DNA of 64,000 bases from Microcoleaceae cyanobacterium (GTDB taxonomy: Bacteria > Cyanobacteriota > Cyanobacteriia > Cyanobacteriales > Microcoleaceae), in assembly GCA_051652765.1 (NCBI GenBank), contig JBOFUV010000097.1:1-64000 (forward strand). Reading direction: 5' to 3'. Position 1 is the stretch's first letter; the number at the start of each line of letters is the position of its first letter. Under the pieces are notes generated by a model, which did no database searches, had not been told where the DNA came from, and saw nothing but the letters and a program-made list of their open reading frames with translations. Positions 31,976 through 42,067 of the stretch are shown here, piece after piece. The translations under genes and the position numbers were made by a program.

Positions 31976-34900
31976 TTAGAACTTGAGTTGCAGTTGTCCG
32001 AACTCTGCCTCCACTGAATCAACGGTGATTGCTGGACTGAGAGGTTCATCCAAGTGACTATGGCCAACCCCAGGACACTGCCCCGCAAACAGTAACCATT
32101 GCTCAAACACCAGAAATCGTCCATCGTTAGGTTCGACCACTTGATAGACTCGAATCCGTTTTTGTTGCTGCCGTTCACACCGCAGGATTTGTAACCCATA
32201 GCCTACTTTATTCAACAATCGCCGCACAATTGTGATCGGACTTGAATTTTTAGCCAAGCCTATCCCTAGAACAGATTTAGTGGCAGGGCGATCGCGTAGG
32301 GCCAGAGCAGCCAGATGTTGGAGATCGGGGTCAGTATTGCGTAATTCGCGTTCGGGATTTTGGAGCAGCGTTGGGACTCCCAGCAACTCCATTGTGCCGA
32401 TCAAAGCCCCAAATTGGGAGCGATTGAAGTCAGGCGTAAAAATATGCCCATCTCCCTGTTCTAGTAATCGTCGTGCCATCAGTGCATCTCGACCCTTCAA
32501 ATACGCCCGACCCATGGTGAGAAAATAGTGAATTCGGAGCTGGTCATACCAATCCTGATCATCCTTGACCACTAGGTCAGGGGTGACTAAAATGCCATAG
32601 CGGGATTTCAATTCATATTTGCGCTGCGATCGCCGTTCCACCGGGGTCTTGATCAATTGTTTTTGCAGGGTGTAATACTGATAACCACTTAAATCCGGCG
32701 CAATCACAATCGCCCGACATTCAGTCTGGTAGTTTTGATCCCGCACGGCGGTCACCATTTCAGCGAGAGTTGGACGAACGGATGGCTTGGTTTGGGATAG
32801 ATGACTCGCAACTTCTGGTTTTTGGAGGGCATCTGGGATCACCTCTAGAATTTGATGTCCCTCTGCTGCCAACCCAGATAGAACCGACTCTCGATAACGA
32901 CCCATGGCCGCATTAAACCGGACTGCCATCTTTGCCCAGCACCGCAGCGATTCTGCCTGGAAACCTAGTTCCAAATCATCCAGAGCCTCAAAGTCAGATT
33001 GCTGCAACAGCCGAATATTCAGTTGGGTTAATCGATGGCCACACCCGAGTAAGTTTGGCATTGAGGTTGAGCCATTGCCAATAGCATTCAACCCCTTGGG
33101 CGCAACCCAGAGGTAACGGGGGATATTTTCCCGAATTCGTCCTAGGGCTTGACGTACGCTGTTTTCAGCTTGAATCCCTTGGGCAATGCCCCACACCGAA
33201 GTGAAGTGTCCTCGGACATCAATACTTACCCCCGTTTCAACACAGGGAGAAGCCAAAACGATGTCATAATCAGGCAGGATTTGATTTAACTGTTTGATGC
33301 AATCGTAGGCCGGATGGGTTGGGTCAGCCAGGGATTCTGAGTCAATTCGTAGAATTTTTTTTTCCGGGAATTGCGTTTTGAGGTAGGTTTCTAAGGTGCA
33401 GGTGCCCCACTTGCTAGCAATTTTCTGAGCAGAGAGACAAACAAATGGTTTTCCCCCCGCTAGAATATGGTGCTCTAAGTCATTAACGAGCTGTTTGGGG
33501 GCTTTGCCAGAGTAAGGATAGATTGACCAAGCGTCCTCCTGGCCAGGTTTCCAAGTATTTTCTAGAATGAACGGAGCCTGTTCGACTCCCGCTAGGGTTA
33601 ACAAATAATCCAAGGACACATCGCTCAAGTCAGCGTCCGCGACAATGACTTGACCCTGACCCTGACCTCCGAGGGTCTGCTGTAACAGGCTCTTCAGCGA
33701 TTTGAGAATTGCTACCCGCTGACTGCGGCAGGTTTCCCCGTTGAGCCCATGCCAGAGCACCTGTTCAACTTCGTCAATAATCACCAACGCATCTGCCCAG
33801 TTGTCGGGGTTGAAACTGACTCTGGACTCAGGGTGGAGGGAATCAATACAAATGCCATAACCATTGGCTGCCAACTCCTCTGGACTTCTTGTTGCTGGGA
33901 GTTGAGATGGATCGGATGCATCAGCCTCTGATCGGTGATCTCGATAGCTTTTCAAGCCAAGCCGTTGGCAAAGGGCTTCAACCAAACGAACCCGATGACT
34001 GATGACTAACACCCGTTGTCCCTGGCAAATTGCCTGCTGTACCCATTGTTCTAACAGTTGGGTTTTACCTGTACCCTTGGGAGATTTAATCCCTACCAAT
34101 CGGGAGGATACGGGCCGTTCTAGAGCACTTAAGTACCGTTGGTTGACCTGAAGACTGGCGGAGTAGGTCAAACGGTTGAAGGATAAGGCTCGCCAGGTCT
34201 CTAAGGGCAAGGCATTTTCGTAGGCATGGGTAAACGCTTCTGGCCCGTGGTTGGCAATTAGATCATCGACTCCTTTTCCCAAGGTCGGATGCCAGGTGAC
34301 AACGTTCACATCACAGCCTTGAGCGTTGAGCAAGTAGCCCAGTTGTAGAATGGCTGCATCTACAGCCTTAACGGTTTGGAGCTTGGGATCTTGGTCAAAG
34401 ACGATGTAAACCTTGCGGTTCGATACGGCCAGTTTCTGTAGCTGAGGAATCAGGCGAGATTTGCCCATCCGGTTGCCCCAGGAGTCTTTGGGAACTCGAT
34501 ACCCGCTATTAACTCCCGGCAAAGCGATCGCTGCATATCCTGCAGTCAGTAATGCGCCTGCTTTCTTCGCGCCCTCAGTAATGCACAGGGGCACTTCGGG
34601 ATGGTTGACGACCCAGTCCCAGAATCCTAAATCTGGACAGTGGGACTGAACCTGTTGAGTGACCAAAGGCAACTTGTACCGTTGGGCAATTTGTTGCCAA
34701 ATCGGTTCAGTCACCTTCAGGGCAAAGACTCCCGTTGAGGCTTGGGGGGGATGTTCGTACTTGATTACCTTTTGGCGATCTGGATCGAGACGAGGATGCG
34801 TAGGCTTGAAACAGCCCCAGGGATCTTCGGCTCCGGTCAGGACATCTACCCCAGAACACCACCAACCCCCGTCAAAGACGTGCTGATAGCGAGTCAGCAC

Positions 34901-35050
34901 TGAACTCGAGATGCGGCCATCATTGCGGCGGGGCAAGGTGTTCGCATACAACAAATAATTTAACGGGCGATCGCCTTCGAGAGCAGTAACATTGAGAAGG
35001 GTGAGCTGCTGATCAACGCAGCTCGCATTCCATTCGATAAGGTGATTCAT
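31976..35050 (-). CDS. DUF3854 primase-helicase, CyRepA1-like plasmid replication protein
   Basis: KYEHP, ITEGAKKA, VFDQD and GKGVDD (Toprim-like DUF3854); Walker A SPKGTGKT; Walker B IIDEVEQ; ETGVSID. Confidence 0.88.
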   Translation of the reverse strand: MNHLIEWNASCVDQQLTLLNVTALEGDRPLNYLLYANTLPRRNDGRISSSVLTRYQHVFDGGWWCSGVDVLTGAEDPWGCFKPTHPRLDPDRQKVIKYEHPPQASTGVFALKVTEPIWQQIAQRYKLPLVTQQVQSHCPDLGFWDWVVNHPEVPLCITEGAKKAGALLTAGYAAIALPGVNSGYRVPKDSWGNRMGKSRLIPQLQKLAVSNRKVYIVFDQDPKLQTVKAVDAAILQLGYLLNAQGCDVNVVTWHPTLGKGVDDLIANHGPEAFTHAYENALPLETWRALSFNRLTYSASLQVNQRYLSALERPVSSRLVGIKSPKGTGKTQLLEQWVQQAICQGQRVLVISHRVRLVEALCQRLGLKSYRDHRSEADASDPSQLPATRSPEELAANGYGICIDSLHPESRVSFNPDNWADALVIIDEVEQVLWHGLNGETCRSQRVAILKSLKSLLQQTLGGQGQGQVIVADADLSDVSLDYLLTLAGVEQAPFILENTWKPGQEDAWSIYPYSGKAPKQLVNDLEHHILAGGKPFVCLSAQKIASKWGTCTLETYLKTQFPEKKILRIDSESLADPTHPAYDCIKQLNQILPDYDIVLASPCVETGVSIDVRGHFTSVWGIAQGIQAENSVRQALGRIRENIPRYLWVAPKGLNAIGNGSTSMPNLLGCGHRLTQLNIRLLQQSDFEALDDLELGFQAESLRCWAKMAVRFNAAMGRYRESVLSGLAAEGHQILEVIPDALQKPEVASHLSQTKPSVRPTLAEMVTAVRDQNYQTECRAIVIAPDLSGYQYYTLQKQLIKTPVERRSQRKYELKSRYGILVTPDLVVKDDQDWYDQLRIHYFLTMGRAYLKGRDALMARRLLEQGDGHIFTPDFNRSQFGALIGTMELLGVPTLLQNPERELRNTDPDLQHLAALALRDRPATKSVLGIGLAKNSSPITIVRRLLNKVGYGLQILRCERQQQKRIRVYQVVEPNDGRFLVFEQWLLFAGQCPGVGHSHLDEPLSPAITVDSVEAEFGQLQLKF

Positions 35051-35085
35051 AATTCTCCAGATTTAGTGTGCTGGACTTTTAGGAT

Positions 35086-35142
35086 ACACCATATCTAGTG
35101 GTAGTAGTGTCAAATGACAAACTTTAACACTGTATCTAGTGT
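35086..35142 (-). promoter_or_regulatory. Tandem NrdR-box-like operators
   Basis: ACACCATATCTAGTGG (35086-35101) and ACACTGTATCTAGTGT (35127-35142), 41 bp apart; both match the NrdR consensus acaCwAtATaTwGtgt. Confidence 0.75.
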
Positions 35143-35404
35143 GTTGATTTTAGATACAATATTTATTCGGATTAAGCTCCTCGGTATGAATTTCCTGGGG
35201 ACGTTAGCTTTTTAGTCTTCAAGCTGCCTTCCGACGCTGTAGCTTGGAACTAAAGTGACCCCACATTCAGTCCTTCTTAGCGGCAGGGAGATATGAAATG
35301 CTGTTCTTCCATACTTCCTAAAAGTACAGAGCGCTTTATGATGTAGACAGCAAAATGGCACGTCAATGTCTGTACTTGCACAACAATTTTTGGAGGAGAG
35401 TCAG

Positions 35405-36133
35405 ATGCAAACCCTGATGTTTGATTACGCAAATTTGCCTTATGGTTCAGGCGGAAATGAGCCTGGGCGCAATCGCTTTAATTGGCGGTATGAAATGCTT
35501 TTTACCCGGAATCAACAGTTAATTAAAGATAAGGTGATTTTAGACTTAGCTTGTAATAATGGACGACTGTCTTACCCTTGTCTGGCACTTGGGGCCAAAA
35601 AAGTAATTGGAGTTGAAGCAAGGCAAGAGTTAATTGAAATGGGCAGAGAGTACCTAGAAGGGACTGAGTTTAAGGACAAAATGGAGTTTGTACAAGCAGA
35701 TCTATTTGAGTATTTATCATCTGCAACAAAAGGCCAGTTTGATTTAATTTTATGTTGTGGTTTTTTGTATCATACTGTAAGACAAGTCGATTTTTTCAGA
35801 CTGGCTAAGCAACTGGCTCCAGAACATATAATTATTGATACTAATGTTGCTAAAAACTATTTATGGTATGGGCTAAAAAACTTTTTGAAAAAGCCTCCTA
35901 TGTTGTACATGATTATAGAGAATTCCGAAAAGACAAGTGATACGACTGATGAAGACGGAATTGCATTTTGGCCAAGCTGTTCATTCCTAGAATCAATGTT
36001 TGATACGATTGGGTATGATCATCATCAGATAAAATATAGTTCAAGGGAAATTAAAGATTGGTCAGGAATGAGTGATTATAGAAAAGGATATAGAGTTTCC
36101 TATGTAGCGCATCAGAGAAAAGGCAACATTTAG
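35405..36133 (+). CDS. Class I SAM-dependent methyltransferase
   Basis: [14 protein letters not shown] and [12 protein letters not shown] motifs; GGAGGAG RBS before ATG at 35405. Confidence 0.85.
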   Translation: MQTLMFDYANLPYGSGGNEPGRNRFNWRYEMLFTRNQQLIKDKVILDLACNNGRLSYPCLALGAKKVIGVEARQELIEMGREYLEGTEFKDKMEFVQADLFEYLSSATKGQFDLILCCGFLYHTVRQVDFFRLAKQLAPEHIIIDTNVAKNYLWYGLKNFLKKPPMLYMIIENSEKTSDTTDEDGIAFWPSCSFLESMFDTIGYDHHQIKYSSREIKDWSGMSDYRKGYRVSYVAHQRKGNI

Positions 36134-36146
36134 GAATGTATTAAAA

Positions 36147-36821
36147 ATGACCGCACGTATTTTGCTCGTTGAAGATGAAGCTGCCCTCGCTCAATTTCTT
36201 AAACAAGAGTTGAGTTATGAAGGGTATGAAGTGAGTGTTGAGCAAGATGGAATGAATGGGTTGGTGGCGGCACGGGAGTCTAACCCGGATTTAATTATTT
36301 TGGATTGGATGCTGCCTCGATTGTCGGGGGTAGAAATTTGTCGGCGGTTGCGTTCGAGTCATAGCACTGTGCCGATCATCTTACTGACCGCCAAGGATGA
36401 AGTGATCGATCGGGTGTCTGGGTTGGATTCTGGGGCAGATGATTATATTGTGAAACCCTTTAGCTTGGAGGAATTCCTAGCGCGAGTTCGGGCTCACATT
36501 CGTCGTCTGCAAGACCCTAACCCTGATTTATTACAGTTTGATGACTTGACTCTCAATCGCCGCACCCGAGAAGTCCATCGTGCAAGTCGAGGGATTGAAC
36601 TGACTGCAAAAGAATTTGATTTGTTGGAATATTTGATGACTCATCCTCGACAAGTTTTGACCCGTGATCAAATTTTAGAAAAAGTTTGGGGGTATGATTT
36701 TATGGGGGATTCCAATATTATTGAAGTTTACGTTCGGTATCTGCGGTTGAAACTCGAAGCTGAAAGTGAGACGCGACTAATCCAAACTGTTCGCAGTGTG
36801 GGCTATGTCCTACGAGAATAA
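36147..36821 (+). CDS. OmpR-family response regulator
   Basis: VEDE, LDWMLP and KPF receiver motifs; winged helix ending IQTVRSVGY. Confidence 0.95.
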   Translation: MTARILLVEDEAALAQFLKQELSYEGYEVSVEQDGMNGLVAARESNPDLIILDWMLPRLSGVEICRRLRSSHSTVPIILLTAKDEVIDRVSGLDSGADDYIVKPFSLEEFLARVRAHIRRLQDPNPDLLQFDDLTLNRRTREVHRASRGIELTAKEFDLLEYLMTHPRQVLTRDQILEKVWGYDFMGDSNIIEVYVRYLRLKLEAESETRLIQTVRSVGYVLRE

Positions 36822-36904
36822 TGTTGAAGTAACATTACTTAAAACTAATAACATTAGATAACGTTAGATAACTTTGAAATAACTTTAAACTGCTCTGCCG
36901 ACTC

Positions 36905-37537
36905 ATGAATGATGTCCGCCAATTTGCTCCAGCAACTGAACGAAATCGTCAACCCATTTTAGCGGTCTTAAACCGAGTGCTCCCTCCAACCGGAACTGTC
37001 CTAGAAATTGCTAGCGGCACAGGCCAACATGGAGTCTTTTTTGCCTCCCACTTACCCTCTCTACGTTGGCTACCTTCGGATTTCAATCCTCAGAATCGAG
37101 TGAGTATTCGAGCTTGGCAAAGCTATGAACCGGCGGAGAATCTGCTGCCCCCCATTGATTTAGATGCTAGTTCCCCAGTTTGGCCTGTTGAAACTGCGGA
37201 ATTTCTTAGCTCACATCTCCTACCAATTACAGCAATTGTTAATATCAACATGATTCATATTTCCCCCTGGTCAGTGTGTTTGGGGCTCATGTCTGGAGCC
37301 CAGCGCATATTGTCTTCTGGTGGGATTCTCTACCTCTACGGCCCGTTTAAACAGGATGGAGAACATACCGCTCCTAGCAACGCGGCTTTTGATCAGTCTC
37401 TCCAAGCTCAGAACCCGGAGTGGGGAGTCCGTGACTTGAATGAAGTCGTTGCCGTTGCTCAGGAAAAGCAGTTGAAGTTACTGGAAGTGATCCCAATGCC
37501 AGCGAATAATTTGTCAGTTATCTTTCAGAAGGTTTAA
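36905..37537 (+). CDS. DUF938 family methyltransferase-like protein
   Basis: ERNRQPIL, LEIASGTGQH, NMIHISPW and MPANN motifs. Confidence 0.9.
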   Translation: MNDVRQFAPATERNRQPILAVLNRVLPPTGTVLEIASGTGQHGVFFASHLPSLRWLPSDFNPQNRVSIRAWQSYEPAENLLPPIDLDASSPVWPVETAEFLSSHLLPITAIVNINMIHISPWSVCLGLMSGAQRILSSGGILYLYGPFKQDGEHTAPSNAAFDQSLQAQNPEWGVRDLNEVVAVAQEKQLKLLEVIPMPANNLSVIFQKV

Positions 37538-37562
37538 GCTTCAATCGTTCAGTGATGCTTGT

Positions 37563-37970
37563 ATGAATCAATATCGGTTTTATCTTTTGCTTAGTTTGAT
37601 TGTCATTACTATCCTGGGCTTTACCACCAAGTTCTACCGAGGATCGTTTGAAAAATCGTTTGAAAATTGGATCAATAATTCTTTTTCGTCAATTTTCTAT
37701 GAACTGTTCTGGGTGTTTCTAGTGATTTTGATTTGGCCTCGATTTGATCTAAGAAAAGTTGTAATTGGGGTATTGATGATCACTTCGGGTTTGGAGATCT
37801 TACAGTTGTGGAACCCTCCCATTTTAGCTGCCATCCGAGCAACGTTAATAGGACGATTATTCCTGGGGACAACTTTTTCTGCCTGGGATTTTCTATACTA
37901 TGGTATTGGGTGTGCGATCGCATGGTGGTGTCTTCAGCAGTTAAAGTCTAGAGTCATAAGAGTTGAGTAA
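37563..37970 (+). CDS. DUF2809 membrane protein
   Basis: LEILQLW and [16 protein letters not shown] motifs; hydrophobic segments. Confidence 0.8.
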   Translation: MNQYRFYLLLSLIVITILGFTTKFYRGSFEKSFENWINNSFSSIFYELFWVFLVILIWPRFDLRKVVIGVLMITSGLEILQLWNPPILAAIRATLIGRLFLGTTFSAWDFLYYGIGCAIAWWCLQQLKSRVIRVE

Positions 37971-37972
37971 TC

Positions 37973-38449
37973 ATGGACAGCAGTCATTTGGCAACAGCAA
38001 CCTTTGGAGCAGGATGTTTTTGGGGTATCGAAGCGGCTTTTCGCCGAGTTCAAGGAGTTGCTTCAACTTCAGTGGGTTATATGGGGGGACACTTCCCAAA
38101 TCCTTGCTATCTCGATGTTTGTGCCCGCATTACAGGTCATGCTGAGGTAGTGCAGGTTCAGTACAATCCTCAACAGGTTTCTTATGAGGAGCTATTGGCT
38201 GTTTTCTGGAAAATTCATGACCCAACGTCCCTCAATCGTCAGGGGCCGGATCGGGGAGATCAGTACCGTTCTGTGATTTTTTATCACACTTCTGAACAGG
38301 ACAGAATTGCTCGACTTTCCAAGTTTCAGCAGCAGGCTTCCGGTCAGTATGACCAAGAGATTGTGACTGAACTGAACCCCGCATCTGATTACTATTTGGC
38401 AGAGGAATATCATCAGCAATACTATGACAAAAAAGAGATTAAAAAGTAG
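37973..38449 (+). CDS. msrA: Peptide-methionine (S)-S-oxide reductase
   Basis: GCFWG, TGHAEVV and AEEYHQQY motifs. Confidence 0.96.
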   Translation: MDSSHLATATFGAGCFWGIEAAFRRVQGVASTSVGYMGGHFPNPCYLDVCARITGHAEVVQVQYNPQQVSYEELLAVFWKIHDPTSLNRQGPDRGDQYRSVIFYHTSEQDRIARLSKFQQQASGQYDQEIVTELNPASDYYLAEEYHQQYYDKKEIKK

Positions 38450-38542
38450 TTCTTAGTCTCTTTAAGTGTCACTTTCAAGGGTTACTTTCAAGGCTTACTC
38501 TTAAGTAATTAAAGTATTTTAATTTTTTTAGAAGTTAAATTC

Positions 38543-39361
38543 ATGGGATATTCAGTCGAAGTTAGTCAGGACAACTTTCAAACAGAAGTCATCGAAAAGT
38601 CCTACGAAGTACTTGTAGTGGTGGATTTTTTTGCAACTTGGTGCGGCCCTTGTCAAATTCTCAAACCAATTTTGGAGAAGTTGGTTAAAGAGTATAATTT
38701 TGTACTAGCCAAAGTTGATATTGATCATAATCCAAATTTGGCAAATGCTTACAAAATTGAGGGTGTTCCTGATGTTCGAATAGTTCACCAAGGTGAAGTA
38801 ATGCCAGGGTTTGTAGGGGTTTTGCCAGAGCTAGACCTACGGCAACTTTTGAATAAGCTTGGGCTAAATTCTGCCTACGAGGTGGGCTTGGAATCAATAG
38901 AAGAAGCGATCGCCTGCCATGATCTGGAACAAGCTAAGACCCTATTCAATCAACTCTTAACTGAGTATCCAGATCGACCAGAGTTAGTTTTAAAGGCAGC
39001 TAAATTCTTCCTGGACTCCGATCAGCCTGAAGTTGCAGATCAGTTGCTCGCTGAAATTCGTGCTGATCAACGCGAATTTTATCCCCAAGCTCAAGCGCTC
39101 AAACAGATCGCATTATTTCAGCATGAAATCAAGCATCCTGGGGACAATGAGATCGATCAAAATTATGCTCAAGCGTGCCATTTTATCCTGACTAAAAACT
39201 ATGAAGCTGCCCTTGATTTATTGCTAAAAATCGTTAGTCAAGATCGCAAGTACAAAGAAGATGGAGCGAGGAAAGCGATGTTGACTGTGTTTGAATTGTT
39301 GGGCAGTGAGCATCCTCTTACAAAGCAATACCGCCAACAGTTGATGCTTCAGTTATACTAG
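38543..39361 (+). CDS. Thioredoxin-TPR protein (CnoX/YbbN-like)
   Basis: WCGPC thioredoxin domain followed by TPR-like helices ending YRQQLMLQLY. Confidence 0.9.
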   Translation: MGYSVEVSQDNFQTEVIEKSYEVLVVVDFFATWCGPCQILKPILEKLVKEYNFVLAKVDIDHNPNLANAYKIEGVPDVRIVHQGEVMPGFVGVLPELDLRQLLNKLGLNSAYEVGLESIEEAIACHDLEQAKTLFNQLLTEYPDRPELVLKAAKFFLDSDQPEVADQLLAEIRADQREFYPQAQALKQIALFQHEIKHPGDNEIDQNYAQACHFILTKNYEAALDLLLKIVSQDRKYKEDGARKAMLTVFELLGSEHPLTKQYRQQLMLQLY

Positions 39362-39423
39362 AAATAGATTGCATTTTAGAACAAACTTGAAGAGCAAAGG
39401 TGCACTGTACCCTATAGGTTAAT

Positions 39424-39969
39424 ATGAGCAAGGCTCTATTTATTTTGACTGAGCTGACTGATCGGGATATTGATTGGATCATTGTTCATAGCAATCGAGA
39501 GCTTGTTTCTGCGGGTACAGTCTTGATTCATGAGGGTCAACCAATTACTGCTCTTTATATTTTGTTAGAAGGAACTCTGAGTGTTTCCGTGGCTGCGGTT
39601 GATAATCAAGAAATCAGTCGAATCAGTCAAGGTGAAGTTTTAGGAGAAATGTCATTTATTGATGGACGTTTACCGTCAGCAACGGTAACTGCCCTTGAAG
39701 ATTCCTTAATTCTTGGAATTCCTCGGCCAAAGTTAGCAGAAAAGATGGATCAAGACATGTTGTTTTCTTTGCGGTTTTATAGGGCAGTCACAAAGTTTTT
39801 GTCCTCTCGTTTGCGGAGTACGAATACGTTTGCTCAGAACACTCAAAATCCATCCTCAAATCAGAACGCTGCAACTCAAGCTACAAGTCTGGAGGAAGAT
39901 ACAAAGCTACAACAACAACTCATGCGCTTCAATACAATTCTAGAACGGTTGAAAGTCGGGAAGTCGTAA
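39424..39969 (+). CDS. Cyclic nucleotide-binding domain protein
   Basis: GEVLGEMSFID...PSATV motif; no HTH. Confidence 0.85.
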   Translation: MSKALFILTELTDRDIDWIIVHSNRELVSAGTVLIHEGQPITALYILLEGTLSVSVAAVDNQEISRISQGEVLGEMSFIDGRLPSATVTALEDSLILGIPRPKLAEKMDQDMLFSLRFYRAVTKFLSSRLRSTNTFAQNTQNPSSNQNAATQATSLEEDTKLQQQLMRFNTILERLKVGKS

Positions 39970-40028
39970 CCGTTCTGCCTACCTATCTTCCTTTGTGAGC
40001 GATCCATTACGCAGATTCTGTCCAATAC

Positions 40029-40075
40029 CTTATTCCCCAATCTTCTCTCTATTCGGGAGGAGATTGGGGAATAAG
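40029..40075. terminator. 19-bp stem-loop between convergent genes
   Basis: CTTATTCCCCAATCTTCTC / GAGGAGATTGGGGAATAAG. Confidence 0.6.
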
Positions 40076-40223
40076 AGAACGCCCTGTTGGCTATACGTTT
40101 CACCTATTTGCGCTAACGCATAGTCTTGGTGAGGGGAGGCAGTCAGGAGTGACCTAAAGCCGTGTCGCTTCCAGAACTGCATCTAGCATGATTTCTGGAA
40201 GGAGGCAGGAGGGCAACACATCA

Positions 40224-41984
40224 TCAAGCTGGATAGATTCGCAGCCGACGATTGGGTTCTTCCCCAAAACTGTTGGATTTGAGCCGATAATGTTCGACTA
40301 GCTCATGTTGCATCTTACGCACCTTGGGCGATCGCGGCAAGAGTTCAACTGGTTGTCCCTTGGGAATCACGATTTGTTCTACCGCAAGCCGAGCCTCTTC
40401 CAAGGCTTCCAGTTCATCCGAAGAACCACTGTGAGTAAATAAACTCAGATCTGGAATTTCTGGCGTATTTGGATCTTCCATATTCAGTAATCGCCGTAGT
40501 GCCCTGGCAACCTGAGGTGGGCTACTGGACTTGATCGCATGAATCGGAATTTGACGGATCTTGGCAACGTGTTTCAGTTTTGATTGGTTGCGAACATGGG
40601 CTCGCAAGGTCAAAATCACATCAGCACCGTCAAGATCTTTCGTGAGGACGACTGGAAGCTCGAGAGCCCGAACAACATGATCGATTTGATGACGGGGAAT
40701 CCCATAGGGATAGACATGCAAGGGCAAGTCTTCTCCATTCGGGCCAAATTCCAGGGTATTTGCAGCCCCATTGGTCAGGGATTGAATCCCTGTGGTGAAG
40801 GATGCATCTAGCAGTTGACCAAAATACTGAGTTTCAGATAGAGACAAGTCTGAGGAGACCGGCATCATCTTGCCTGAGCCTCGCAAGCCATTGAATCCTG
40901 GGGCAGGCAGGGTTGCTAAGTTGGCTAGGGCTGATTTGTTGTCCGATTTGTTGTCCAATGCTGGAGTAGATTCAGGGCCCATTGGATAGCGCTCTTGGGC
41001 CACTTCAACCTCTCCGGCATCATTCATGGTTCGTACCTGCATCGCGGGTGGAATCCCTCGCAGCAAGTTGTCAATCGTACTTGACACAGATTCGTGAACG
41101 ACCCAGCGATCGCGTTCTAGCATTTCAATGGCAATTTCAAAGGTGGGAGGAGCCTTCCGTTCCAGCACGGTTTTCTGAGATCCGCGTCGCCGAGCTTCCT
41201 CATCTCCCAGGGTCACCGCCTGAATGCCCCCAATCAAATCAGAGAGGGTGGGATTTTTCATCAGATTTTCAATCCGATTCCCGTGGGCCGTGCCAATCAG
41301 TTGCACCCCTCGTTCAGCAATGGTGCGAGCCGCCAAGGCTTCTAACTCCGTGCCAATTTCATCAATTACAATCACCTCTGGCATGTGATTTTCCACCGCC
41401 TCGATCATGACCTGATGTTGTAACTCCGGACGAGACACCTGCATTCGTCGGGCTCGACCAATGGCGGGATGGGGAATGTCGCCATCCCCAGCAATCTCGT
41501 TTGACGTATCGATAATCACCACCCGTTTTTCCAATTCATCGGCCAACACCCGAGCAATCTCCCGCAGCGCGGTCGTTTTGCCTACCCCCGGACGACCCAA
41601 CATTAAAATTGACTGTCCAGTTTCCACCAAATCCCGAATCATCCCAATCTTGCCAAAAATGGCTCGACCGACCCGGCAAGTCAACCCAATCACCCGACCT
41701 GTGCGGTTGCGAATTGCACTGATTCGGTGTAAGGTGCGCTCTATTCCGGCACGATTATCACCGCTAAACTCCCCAATTTGAGAGATACATTGATCAAGGT
41801 CTTCCCAAGAAACGGATGTTTCGGACAAATACTCGGCTCCAGAGGGAAAGCGCGCTTCTGGGCGACGACCCAAGTCCATGACAATCTCAATCAGACTGCC
41901 ACGTTGAGGGTGTAGTTCTACCTTGCGTCGAATTTCCTCAGGAACAATTGCTAGCAACTTATTTAGGTCGTCTGTAATCTGCAT
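40224..41984 (-). CDS. Ycf45/SpoIIIAA-like AAA ATPase with R3H domain
   Basis: GRPGVGKT, IDTSNEI and IDEIG motifs; C-terminal RKMQH R3H. Confidence 0.9.
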   Translation of the reverse strand: MQITDDLNKLLAIVPEEIRRKVELHPQRGSLIEIVMDLGRRPEARFPSGAEYLSETSVSWEDLDQCISQIGEFSGDNRAGIERTLHRISAIRNRTGRVIGLTCRVGRAIFGKIGMIRDLVETGQSILMLGRPGVGKTTALREIARVLADELEKRVVIIDTSNEIAGDGDIPHPAIGRARRMQVSRPELQHQVMIEAVENHMPEVIVIDEIGTELEALAARTIAERGVQLIGTAHGNRIENLMKNPTLSDLIGGIQAVTLGDEEARRRGSQKTVLERKAPPTFEIAIEMLERDRWVVHESVSSTIDNLLRGIPPAMQVRTMNDAGEVEVAQERYPMGPESTPALDNKSDNKSALANLATLPAPGFNGLRGSGKMMPVSSDLSLSETQYFGQLLDASFTTGIQSLTNGAANTLEFGPNGEDLPLHVYPYGIPRHQIDHVVRALELPVVLTKDLDGADVILTLRAHVRNQSKLKHVAKIRQIPIHAIKSSSPPQVARALRRLLNMEDPNTPEIPDLSLFTHSGSSDELEALEEARLAVEQIVIPKGQPVELLPRSPKVRKMQHELVEHYRLKSNSFGEEPNRRLRIYPA

Positions 41985-42067
41985 ATCTACAAAAGTGACA
42001 TCTGCAAACGAATTGCCAATTCCCAGCCCTGCCCTGAATACTCTGTGACTGAACAGTGACAGAACAG

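Noticed and set aside
35268..35322. GGAAGTA...GAAGGA on the minus strand resembling a glutamine riboswitch core
   Set aside because: No closing P1 helix, and the gene context does not fit
31976..36133. Integrated plasmid or prophage
   Set aside because: No integrase, att repeats, partition, transfer or phage structural genes nearby
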